Shown piece after piece: positions 26,849 to 34,722 of a stretch of 64,000 nt of DNA. The position numbers were made by a program, and so were the translations under genes. The stretch comes from a virus (Duplodnaviria; Caudoviricetes): IMG/VR virus record IMGVR_UViG_3300027374_000458, positions 8,043 to 72,042 of that record. One strand, 5' to 3'. The notes under the pieces were generated by a model, which saw nothing but the letters and a program-made list of their open reading frames with translations, did not search any database and was not told where the DNA came from. How positions within the stretch are numbered: the first letter of the stretch is position 1; each line of letters begins with the position of its first letter.

Positions 26849-27454
26849 ATGGACTATAAGCAATTAAAAGAACTTCTGTTCCAGCACGAGTGTGAGCACC
26901 CTGAGACCCATCTGACCGCCTATATCACGTTTGCCTCCTTTGGCCCCAACAATAAAAAGGAGTATCCCTGGAACAGCCGCACCTATGTCATTTCCAGCGA
27001 CAACAAGGCGTTCCAGCCCAACAAGGGCGGTTACTCCATCTTTGGGAGCTGTCTGGACGGCACTGACCCCTGCCTCCGCCTGGAAGGGCTGATGGCTGCG
27101 GAGTGCGCCGGAAAAGACGGCTGGGTTGTGGAGGACTGTGGTATCGCTGGCTATCTGCTGATTGAGAGCAGTGAATGCATCATTCCTGCACCGAAGCTGT
27201 TTTACAGCTACAGCGATGCGCTGGGGTGTATGCTGACCCGGCTGGCCGAGGAAACCGGACGGGAAGCTGAGCAGGTGAAGAAAGATTACGATGAAGCAAA
27301 GGCGCTGTTTGATGGCACCTATGATTCCGGTTGGGGCGCCTCCTGTTTGGATGGTTCTGGCGTGAGCTGGATCTGGAAGATTCAACCTGCCTGCATCTAT
27401 GGGGTAATGAACATAGTGTTTCCGCAGCTGAAAAACAAATCATGCCTTATGTAG
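26849..27454 (+). CDS. Hypothetical protein
   Basis: Co-directional ORF; RTYVISSDNKAF...GGYSIFGSCLDGTD. Confidence 0.75.
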   Translation: MDYKQLKELLFQHECEHPETHLTAYITFASFGPNNKKEYPWNSRTYVISSDNKAFQPNKGGYSIFGSCLDGTDPCLRLEGLMAAECAGKDGWVVEDCGIAGYLLIESSECIIPAPKLFYSYSDALGCMLTRLAEETGREAEQVKKDYDEAKALFDGTYDSGWGASCLDGSGVSWIWKIQPACIYGVMNIVFPQLKNKSCLM

Positions 27455-27504
27455 ACAGAGATAATCGTATCTACAGCAATTTTATTGTATAAGGAGCGTG
27501 TACG

Positions 27505-28455
27505 ATGAATTTTGAACGATTTGACAAGCTGGCCCGTACCGACCGAGTGGTTCTGCTCACGGCGCTGGAGTTGTTGTGGCAGAATGGCCGTGCAATGATC
27601 CAGTCTGAGGATGTATCCAAACTGACCGCAGGCTGTGTGTCCAGCCTGGGCGGCTTTTACACAGAAGAAAAACTCCGGGAGATTGTAGATATCTGTAAAG
27701 ATCTGGCCCATTGGGGGACGGCAGACCTGATCCGCTGTCTCCGGTGCGGAGGTATGGAGATAAAGGCCCCTAATGCGGAAAAAGAAGGGATCTGCCCCAT
27801 CTGCAGCGGTGACCTGGAGTATGGAGATGATGAACCTCTGGATGATGGTGGTGTCCGCGACTGGACGTGTCTCAGCTGCGGAGCCACTGGAAAAGAGGGC
27901 TACAGCAAAGTGTTCGACCAGCACTATGATGTACGGGATGGAGATGGAAATCCATATTCTCCCCCATCGAACGACATTGTGTGTGCTATGGACCCTGCGC
28001 CGTCTCCCTGTGCGCCAAAACTGCTGATGATGGGTCAAGAGAGTATCAATGCACTGCCGCAGGGAGACGTTGAGCAGATGAACGTCTATTTCCCCAGAGA
28101 GGATTGGAACCTGTATTTTTGGGGTTTTACCTGCTTCTCCCGCCAGAACTACTCCAAAACTGTTTCGCTGGGCTGCATGGATGAAGTCATGCTGGGCGTC
28201 CAGTGTATTGAGGGCGGCACTCTGGGTGAGTTGGCTATCCGCTGGCACACACTCGGCGGAAAGCCGGTTCCCAGGCTGGAGGTGTACAACGATGCGTGGC
28301 AGATCATGCAGACCCCCACCTTCGCAGCGGTTATGAAGGAGCTGACCCAAATGAGCCGTCATCATGACCCCATGCCGGATGAAGTGTCTGCCCTGCTGAT
28401 CGCTCATGGTTTTACAGATCAGTCTGATTATCCCCTGATAGCAAAGCATGACTGA
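27505..28455 (+). CDS. Multi-module hypothetical protein with Zn ribbon
   Basis: AAGGAG RBS; CPICSG...WTCLSCG. Confidence 0.75.
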   Translation: MNFERFDKLARTDRVVLLTALELLWQNGRAMIQSEDVSKLTAGCVSSLGGFYTEEKLREIVDICKDLAHWGTADLIRCLRCGGMEIKAPNAEKEGICPICSGDLEYGDDEPLDDGGVRDWTCLSCGATGKEGYSKVFDQHYDVRDGDGNPYSPPSNDIVCAMDPAPSPCAPKLLMMGQESINALPQGDVEQMNVYFPREDWNLYFWGFTCFSRQNYSKTVSLGCMDEVMLGVQCIEGGTLGELAIRWHTLGGKPVPRLEVYNDAWQIMQTPTFAAVMKELTQMSRHHDPMPDEVSALLIAHGFTDQSDYPLIAKHD

Positions 28456-28555
28456 TTGCAATCTTTCAAACCCGGTCTGATGCCTGTTCAGACAATCTAT
28501 GGCACAGGCGTTAACAAGTATCTGTGTAATGCGAGTTTGCGAGGAGGTATAAGCA

Positions 28556-28873
28556 ATGCAGAAAGTGTTCAACATTCCGAAAACAGACGTAGATAGGTAT
28601 AACAAGCTGATGCAGGCCAGCCAGGTAGACTATGAAGAAAACGACATCCCCTGTTATACCACAGTAAAAACCTGGTCGGTTGACTTAGGCGATGGCTACG
28701 AAGCAGACCTCAAAGCCTGTTCCTCGAACTACGGTGATCTGTTATGGTGTGAAGGTGTGCTGTTCTTGCACGGAAGTGAGTGCGGCTGTACTGAGGTATC
28801 AGACAACTTGTTGGGAGAATATTGGTTTGGGCATAACGGAAAACAATTTACAATCGTTGTTCAGGCAGAGTAA
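28556..28873 (+). CDS. Hypothetical protein
   Basis: GGAGG RBS. Confidence 0.75.
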   Translation: MQKVFNIPKTDVDRYNKLMQASQVDYEENDIPCYTTVKTWSVDLGDGYEADLKACSSNYGDLLWCEGVLFLHGSECGCTEVSDNLLGEYWFGHNGKQFTIVVQAE

Positions 28874-28905
28874 GAAGAAAGAGAACCATCTCTACTAAAT
28901 TTACA

Positions 28906-29217
28906 TTGGCAGAAGAAATAAGGGGGGCGACGAGCATAAAAGAGGCAAAGCAAATTCTAAGCCGCATAACTGAAGCGCTGGCTACTGGCAGGTCTGCTTT
29001 CATGACAGATGGCACTGTGACACGCAAGATAATCATGGTGGAAATTACCAATCCAGGCCTTGCATACGGCAGTGAAAGTACGCTTGATGTGCAGATTAAA
29101 GATGGAAGCCGGAAACAGCTCCCTATAAAGTGGCCGTGGGATGAATTGGTTGAATATGGTCTGGCTGATTTGAACGATGGACTGTATATCGCGCCAGATT
29201 GGTGGATTGCGCTGTAG
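28906..29217 (+). CDS. Hypothetical protein
   Basis: Co-directional ORF; start uncertain. Confidence 0.5.
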   Translation: MAEEIRGATSIKEAKQILSRITEALATGRSAFMTDGTVTRKIIMVEITNPGLAYGSESTLDVQIKDGSRKQLPIKWPWDELVEYGLADLNDGLYIAPDWWIAL

Positions 29218-29220
29218 GAG

Positions 29221-29499
29221 GTGATATGCGTGTACGCAATTCAAAACATTGAGACTGGAGAGTTTCTGTTTGGCACAGACTTTGGCTACGGCCCCAATTC
29301 ATGCCGACAAAAAACCAGCCTGGAGCAGATGCTGACCTTTGACTGCCTGCGCCGCGCAAAGGTGGACTTTATCCACCGCCAGTGCGGAAACGACTATCGG
29401 ATCGTCAGGATCAAACCGCCCGAAATAGAGTGTGCCATCGCCTTCGACACTTCGGACGGCTATGATTGCAATGTGTGGGAGGAAACTCCCCAGAAATAG
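29221..29499 (+). CDS. Hypothetical protein
   Basis: AGGAGG immediately upstream. Confidence 0.65.
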   Translation: MICVYAIQNIETGEFLFGTDFGYGPNSCRQKTSLEQMLTFDCLRRAKVDFIHRQCGNDYRIVRIKPPEIECAIAFDTSDGYDCNVWEETPQK

Positions 29500-29555
29500 C
29501 GGGCAGCCTGTAAATTAGACGCCTGCCGCACAATAAAATTAAGGAGGATTCCATA

Positions 29556-30101
29556 ATGGAACAGGAACAGATCAAAAAAATGTGTGACGCGACAGATGAC
29601 AAGCCGTTTCAGGCTTTTCTGCGTGACGAGGGATGGAAATACGATACGGAGGACGATATCCTGACGGCATACACCAGAAAGGTAAAGAGTTATCAGGGCA
29701 CTCCTCTTACGGAAGACGAATTTCTGTCAGAATTGGGCATCAAATACACGCTTGAGGGGCGCCAGTTATACGCCAAACTGTATCCGCTTGTGCAAACCGG
29801 TGCGCTAAAGGCTTTCAATCTCTATGAATACGCACGCTTTAAGTGGTGTCTGCGTCACCCGGAGGCTGTTATCGCCTGTGAAACCGGGCCAAAACGCTGG
29901 GTAGTCAATAACTGCGGAGAGGAAATCTCTACAGACCGTGCAAAGCAGATCATCAGCAATCAATGGGGCTTTGATATTGGACGGATTGAGATAGTTGGCA
30001 CACCCTACTATGACGCATCAGACTGGAATTTCATTCGGTTCCGCTGTGCAGGCGTGGATTGGGTCATGCACAACGACTCCCTGGACCAAATTTATCAGTG
30101 A
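29556..30101 (+). CDS. Hypothetical protein
   Basis: AGGAGG RBS. Confidence 0.75.
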   Translation: MEQEQIKKMCDATDDKPFQAFLRDEGWKYDTEDDILTAYTRKVKSYQGTPLTEDEFLSELGIKYTLEGRQLYAKLYPLVQTGALKAFNLYEYARFKWCLRHPEAVIACETGPKRWVVNNCGEEISTDRAKQIISNQWGFDIGRIEIVGTPYYDASDWNFIRFRCAGVDWVMHNDSLDQIYQ

Positions 30102-30115
30102 ACAGGAGGATTCGG

Positions 30116-30544
30116 ATGAAGGAATTAGCGATTAAACGGGAGCTGAACGAGGAAACCCGCAAAGAGTCGGTATGGTGTCAAATGGACGGCGCAATAGAGT
30201 GCTTTTCACTCCACATTACCGAGAAGAAGGAAGTGATTCTTACAGACCATACAGATTACAGTAAGATTTACAGCATTCAAACCCTGGAATTTTATCAGGC
30301 GTTAGAGAGAGCAGGTAACAGCATACAGGTCGATCACATAAAGCCGTATATCCAGAACTACGCAAGGGCCTCAGCCGCCTATATGGAGGCGGTTGCCAAG
30401 TGCCGGGTGGATTCTCCCAACGGCGACAAAGTTATGGAGACCTGTCCGCTTGAGGAGTTTAAGGCCTGCGGCAGAGCCATGAAAGAGCTGCTGCGTGCTG
30501 CACTTGACGCAGAGGGCTTTACTACCACTAAAATCATTCTATAA
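30116..30544 (+). CDS. Hypothetical protein
   Basis: AGGAGG RBS. Confidence 0.7.
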   Translation: MKELAIKRELNEETRKESVWCQMDGAIECFSLHITEKKEVILTDHTDYSKIYSIQTLEFYQALERAGNSIQVDHIKPYIQNYARASAAYMEAVAKCRVDSPNGDKVMETCPLEEFKACGRAMKELLRAALDAEGFTTTKIIL

Positions 30545-30564
30545 AGCAACCAAGATATGATCCT

Positions 30565-30599
30565 GAGAGGCGGGGCGCAGATTCTGTGCCCCGCCTCTT
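30565..30599 (+). terminator. GC-rich hairpin
   Basis: GAGAGGCGGGGCGCAG/CTGTGCCCCGCCTCTT. Confidence 0.5.
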
Positions 30600-30674
30600 G
30601 ATATATCATCTGTTATTGAAACTCGCCATTCCCCGCCTATCTTGTGATTACAATTCAAAAAAAGGAGCCTTACT

Positions 30675-31190
30675 ATGGACATAAAAATCATATGCGATGA
30701 AATGAAGCGGCTGGATCAGATTTCTGGTTTGGACACGAGTGCTATCCCTGTACGCATATCTTCCAGAATGACCTGCGGCTGGGGTAAGTGCAGCTATATC
30801 TGCGAGAGAAAAAAATATAAGATTAAAGAATTGGTTTTTGCTGAGCGCCTGTTGAGGTATGGGACAATGGAGCATATCCTGAACGCGATCCGCCATGAAT
30901 ACGCCCACGCATATGTGATGCTGACATACAACAAAAAGCACGGCCATGATGCGGTCTGGAAGCGGGCGGCGCTGCGGTTTGGTTGTAACGCCCAACGGTG
31001 TGAGAACTTTGATGAGGTGGACAGCATTTATCAATATAAGGTAATCTGTCAAGGTTGCGGAAGCGTCTCCCATTATCGGAGAAAAGTGGGAATTGTGCAG
31101 GAATTGGAGAGAAATCCAAACACGGTGAAATTCTATTGCAAAAAATGCAAGAGCCGCAATTTTCTGTTGGAGTCGGCTGAAAATTTCTGA
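30675..31190 (+). CDS. SprT-like zinc metalloprotease
   Basis: IRHEYAH (HExxH), HGHDAVWK, C-terminal CQGC/CKKC Zn ribbon. Confidence 0.88.
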   Translation: MDIKIICDEMKRLDQISGLDTSAIPVRISSRMTCGWGKCSYICERKKYKIKELVFAERLLRYGTMEHILNAIRHEYAHAYVMLTYNKKHGHDAVWKRAALRFGCNAQRCENFDEVDSIYQYKVICQGCGSVSHYRRKVGIVQELERNPNTVKFYCKKCKSRNFLLESAENF

Positions 31191-31224
31191 TCTGATACAC
31201 TCCTTCTCTTTTCCTCTAATCGAC

Positions 31225-31253
31225 TTGATAAGTAAAAGGGATTGTGGTAAACT
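31225..31253 (+). promoter_or_regulatory. Promoter of the toxin-antitoxin operon
   Basis: TTGATA-N17-TAAACT with extended -10 TG. Confidence 0.6.
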
Positions 31254-31297
31254 ATATAATCAGAGATTAAATGAAGCGCCAGAAAGGAGTGCGTTGT

Positions 31298-31549
31298 ATG
31301 TCCGCATTGGAAAATCAGATTCTTCAGTCTCTTAGCGGCCTGTCTGATGACAGTCTGCACTTCATACTTGATATGATACAAAGGTTTGTTGTTCCTTCGG
31401 AGACCAGAGCCGTCCAGAGAGATACTTTGGCGCGACCGAGCGTTCGCAGGCTTGGAAGTATGAAGGGGCAAAAGTTTGTTTCGGATGGTCATGAGATAGA
31501 TGACTATGACGATGAGATTGCGCAGATGTTTGGAGCTGTGACCGAATGA
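31298..31549 (+). CDS. Putative antitoxin (DUF2281-like)
   Basis: Small ORF with ATGA overlap to the PIN toxin; RRLGSMKG motif. Confidence 0.7.
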   Translation: MSALENQILQSLSGLSDDSLHFILDMIQRFVVPSETRAVQRDTLARPSVRRLGSMKGQKFVSDGHEIDDYDDEIAQMFGAVTE

Positions 31550-31950
31550 GAGTTCTGATTGACACCCACATCGCTATATGGTCTGTGCTGGATGATCCGA
31601 AGCTGTCAAAGACGGCAAGAGACATTCTCCTGAGTAGTGAGAATGAAATATATTATAGTTCCGCCTCTATCTGGGAAATCACGATCAAGCATATGGCGCA
31701 TCCAGAGACATTCCTTTATAGCGGCTATCATCTTGCAAAAGGCTGTGATGAAAACGGATTCATCACACTACCGGTTTTGAATCACCATTCGTTTGCTCTG
31801 GAAACCCTGAAGAGACCGGAAAATGCGCCGCGTCATAACGATCCGTTTGACCGGATTATGCTTGCCCAGGCTAAGGCCGAGGGGATGAAGTTCTTGACAC
31901 ACGACTCGCTAATCCCGTACTATAATGAGCCGTTTGTTATCCTGGTCTGA
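31546..31950 (+). CDS. vapC: PIN-domain (VapC-like) toxin
   Basis: LIDTHIAIW, SSASIWEI, HNDPFDRIMLAQA. Confidence 0.9.
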   Translation: MRVLIDTHIAIWSVLDDPKLSKTARDILLSSENEIYYSSASIWEITIKHMAHPETFLYSGYHLAKGCDENGFITLPVLNHHSFALETLKRPENAPRHNDPFDRIMLAQAKAEGMKFLTHDSLIPYYNEPFVILV

Positions 31951-31989
31951 TATAGAGCAGGCGGTTTTCTTTTGGTTTATCAAGTGTTA

Positions 31990-32027
31990 AAAAAATCTTC
32001 TGTGGCACTCGCCACAGAAGATTTTTT
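31990..32027. terminator. Bidirectional terminator
   Basis: AAAAAATCTTCTGTGGC-ACTC-GCCACAGAAGATTTTTT. Confidence 0.8.
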
Positions 32028-32034
32028 ATTTCTG

Positions 32035-32063
32035 TTGAAGAAAGCGTGTAATTTCCGTATAAA
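32035..32063 (+). promoter_or_regulatory. Promoter of parM
   Basis: TTGAAG-N17-TATAAA. Confidence 0.55.
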
Positions 32064-32086
32064 AGGATATAAGGAGGAATTTAACT

Positions 32087-33001
32087 ATGTTAATTGCAAT
32101 CGACCACGGAAACCGGCTCTGCAAAGGAGCCCATATGGAACCCTTCATCTCAGGACTGACAGAGAGCGAGGTTGAGCCATTCGGCCCGAATGTGTTGAAG
32201 TACCGAAGCAGGTATTATCAGCTCACCGATCAGCGCATCCCCTACCGCCGGGACAAAACGGAAGATGACAGGTTTTTTATCCTGACACTGTTCGGCATCG
32301 CCAAGGAGATTGAGGCCCAGCACAGCTACTATCCCGGCATTATCCGCGTCCAGCTTGCAGTGGGGCTGCCTCCGGCACATTATGGGGCGCAGTACGAGGC
32401 ATTTACCCGGTATTTTTCCGGGCGGGGCGCTGTAACCTTCACCTACAACAGAAAGCCCTACTCTATCAGTATTGATGATGTGGCCTGTTTCCCGCAGTCC
32501 TACGCTGCAGCTGTAACCGTCATGCAGGCCCTCGCGACCGAACCCCTGGCCCTCATTTTGGATGTTGGCGGCATGACTGCGGATTACCTGCGAATCAAGA
32601 GGGGTGAAGGCGATCTATCTGTTTGCGATTCCATGGAAAATGGTGTCATTATGCTTTACAACAAGATCATCACCAAGGTGAGAGCGGAACAGGATCTGCT
32701 GCTGACGGAGGATGTGATCGACGCCATTTTGCTGGATCAGCCTTCCCAAGGGCTGGAGGATGTAAAGCCTGTGGTAAAGAAACTCGCAAAGGAATTTGTG
32801 TCAGACCTGCTTAGCGCCATGCGAGAGCGGCAGCTGGAGTTAAAGGCTGGCCCGGTGGTCTTTGTGGGCGGCGGCTCCATTCTGCTCCGAAAACAGATTG
32901 AAGCATCTGGAAAGGTTGCGCGTCCCATGTTTGTAGACGATATTCGTGCCAACGCCAAAGGCTATGAGCTGCTTTATAAGCTGTCCAGGGACGGCAGGTG
33001 A
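32087..33001 (+). CDS. parM: ParM/StbA-family actin-like partition ATPase
   Basis: IAIDHGN, LAVGLPP, ILDVGGMTAD, FVGGGS, ANAKG. Confidence 0.88.
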   Translation: MLIAIDHGNRLCKGAHMEPFISGLTESEVEPFGPNVLKYRSRYYQLTDQRIPYRRDKTEDDRFFILTLFGIAKEIEAQHSYYPGIIRVQLAVGLPPAHYGAQYEAFTRYFSGRGAVTFTYNRKPYSISIDDVACFPQSYAAAVTVMQALATEPLALILDVGGMTADYLRIKRGEGDLSVCDSMENGVIMLYNKIITKVRAEQDLLLTEDVIDAILLDQPSQGLEDVKPVVKKLAKEFVSDLLSAMRERQLELKAGPVVFVGGGSILLRKQIEASGKVARPMFVDDIRANAKGYELLYKLSRDGR

Positions 33002-33384
33002 TGACCGTGAGGGAACGGAAATATCTGGGCCGCTTCACGCTTCAATTCAATGTAGAAGACCCCCAGCAGCGGACGGCAGCGGAAATTTTGGGGCAGCAAG
33101 GGCGTCGAAAAGCGCAGTTCCTCACCAGTGCAATTTTGCAGTATATCAAGCACCCCAATGGCCCAGATCAACTTACTGCCTCTAACGGCATAGACATGTC
33201 TGTGCTAAAACTTATGATGCTGGAAATCCTGCAGAGCGACCCGCAGTTTTCATCAGGTATTCGCAAAGAGCAAGAAAGAGAGCCGAGCGGTTCTGAAGTT
33301 CAAGCGATTGCCTGGGGCGAACCTGTTTCTGACAGCGTATTGTCTGCTATGTCAAACACGCTGGCTGCCTTTAGAGGAAAATGA
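32998..33384 (+). CDS. Putative ParR-like partition adaptor
   Basis: Coupled to parM; short N-terminal DNA-binding-like segment and acidic tail. Confidence 0.5.
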   Translation: MMTVRERKYLGRFTLQFNVEDPQQRTAAEILGQQGRRKAQFLTSAILQYIKHPNGPDQLTASNGIDMSVLKLMMLEILQSDPQFSSGIRKEQEREPSGSEVQAIAWGEPVSDSVLSAMSNTLAAFRGK

Positions 33385-33418
33385 AAATCAGGAGGGTATG
33401 GCTACCCTCCTGATTTTT
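33384..33418. terminator. Bidirectional terminator where the two arms converge
   Basis: AAAATCAGGAGGGTA-TGGC-TACCCTCCTGATTTT. Confidence 0.85.
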
Positions 33419-33633
33419 TAATTCTTGAATTGGATAACCGGAATCTGTTTGACCTTTTTCCCGACAGTCCGCCGCCCCAGGGTGAAAACCATATCAGATG
33501 TGCGTTCAAAAAAACTTACATCTTTTTTCCAGCTCATGCCGCACTTGCAATGTTGCAGGCCGATAAACTGTTGTTTCATTTTTCTGCCGCAGCTTGGACA
33601 TACCTTATTGCTGAAACCCATAGTTACGGACAA
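33418..33633 (-). CDS. Small Zn-finger protein
   Basis: CPSCG...HCKCG. Confidence 0.65.
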   Translation of the reverse strand: MSVTMGFSNKVCPSCGRKMKQQFIGLQHCKCGMSWKKDVSFFERTSDMVFTLGRRTVGKKVKQIPVIQFKN

Positions 33634-33636
33634 ATA

Positions 33637-33969
33637 TCATTGTCCCAGATCGAGACCCAGAGCCTCCGCAATCTGTTCCGGAGTCTTTCCGGCCTTTTGC
33701 GCCTGCTTCAGGATAGCCTCCATTTTCTGTTTTTTTGTCATGCGGGGCTTGCGGGCAGGTTTGGGAGCGAGAATGGCTGCTTTTTTATCTTCCAGGCCTT
33801 TTATCTTGGTACGAACCGCCTCAATCTTTTCGTCATACTCTTTGGCAGCGGCTTGCTTTTTTCCCTCAAGCTCAGTAATCACTGCTTCCTGTTTGCGGAT
33901 CTGTTCATCTACCGCTTCAGCTAATTGCTCCGGGGTACGGCGAACGCGCTTGGCACTACTTTCTGACAT
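33637..33969 (-). CDS. Basic coiled-coil protein with C-terminal HTH-like tail
   Basis: GGAGG RBS; KRVRRTPEQ...KTPEQIAEALGL. Confidence 0.75.
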   Translation of the reverse strand: MSESSAKRVRRTPEQLAEAVDEQIRKQEAVITELEGKKQAAAKEYDEKIEAVRTKIKGLEDKKAAILAPKPARKPRMTKKQKMEAILKQAQKAGKTPEQIAEALGLDLGQ

Positions 33970-34001
33970 GGCTCCAGCCTCCTGTGTTAAAGAATAATTG
34001 A

Positions 34002-34030
34002 ACTATAGCATATCTCCCAGCACATTTCAA
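34002..34030 (-). promoter_or_regulatory. Promoter of the two small genes
   Basis: TTGAAA-N17-TATAGT with extended -10 TG. Confidence 0.65.
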
Positions 34031-34064
34031 TCAATACTCAAAAATTTTCTCTCTTTCACCTTTT

Positions 34065-34456
34065 GTGTTGATAATTACTTGCAAATATATAGAGCCGGCA
34101 GATAAACAGTTCACCATTATCTTTACAGATGTGACCGCCGGACAGTGGTATACAAACGCTGTGATATGGGCAAATCAAAATGGCATCGTGGGCGGCTATG
34201 GAAACGGAATGTTCGGCCCCAACGACAACATCACCCGTGAGCAGTTGGCCGTCATGCTCTGGCGGTATGCCGGAAGCCCCACCGCCACCGATAAGGAGCT
34301 GCACTTCACCGATGCGGATGAAGCTGGCGGCTGGGCGCTGGACGCCCTGCGCTGGGGAACGGGAAACGGCATTCTCAACGGATATGGCGATCCAGGGGGC
34401 TGGCGACCCGCGCTCAGGTAGCGCAGATGCTGATGAATTTTTTGAAGGACAAATAA
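34065..34456 (+). pseudogene. S-layer homology (SLH) domain remnant with frameshift
   Basis: FTDV...WY..AV.WA...GIV.GY...FGPNDNITREQ; the last repeat continues as LATRAQVAQMLMNFLKDK* in another frame. Confidence 0.8.
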
Positions 34457-34676
34457 AGTGCTGAAACGCGGGGCGGGGCAGCCGCCCCGCGTTCTCTATA
34501 CGCCGCTTTGCAGATTGTGTCGAAAATGCGTCTCAGGTTTGACCTATTGGCAAATCCAGTGAAGTTTTGATCCTTGCAGAATGTGTAGAATGATAAAAAT
34601 GGTTTATTCCAATCCGATCAAGCCATTATAAGGCAAACGGGATGAAATGTGAGATATTGTTGGCTATGCAACGCGC

Positions 34677-34722
34677 AAAAACCGGGGGCACTTCACGTAG
34701 ATATAGTGCCCCCGGTTTTTTT
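34677..34722. terminator. Bidirectional terminator after the methylase-helicase
   Basis: AAAAACCGGGGGCAC...GTGCCCCCGGTTTTT. Confidence 0.8.

Noticed and set aside
27397-28605. Long antisense ORFs (also 15307-16299, 19651-20478, 51356-52279, 61324-62127)
   Set aside because: Shadows of real genes on the other strand; no RBS or motifs
34500-34670. TGTCGA motif shared with ~930 and ~1170, and promoter-like boxes
   Set aside because: Too short to be significant; spacing non-canonical and no downstream gene
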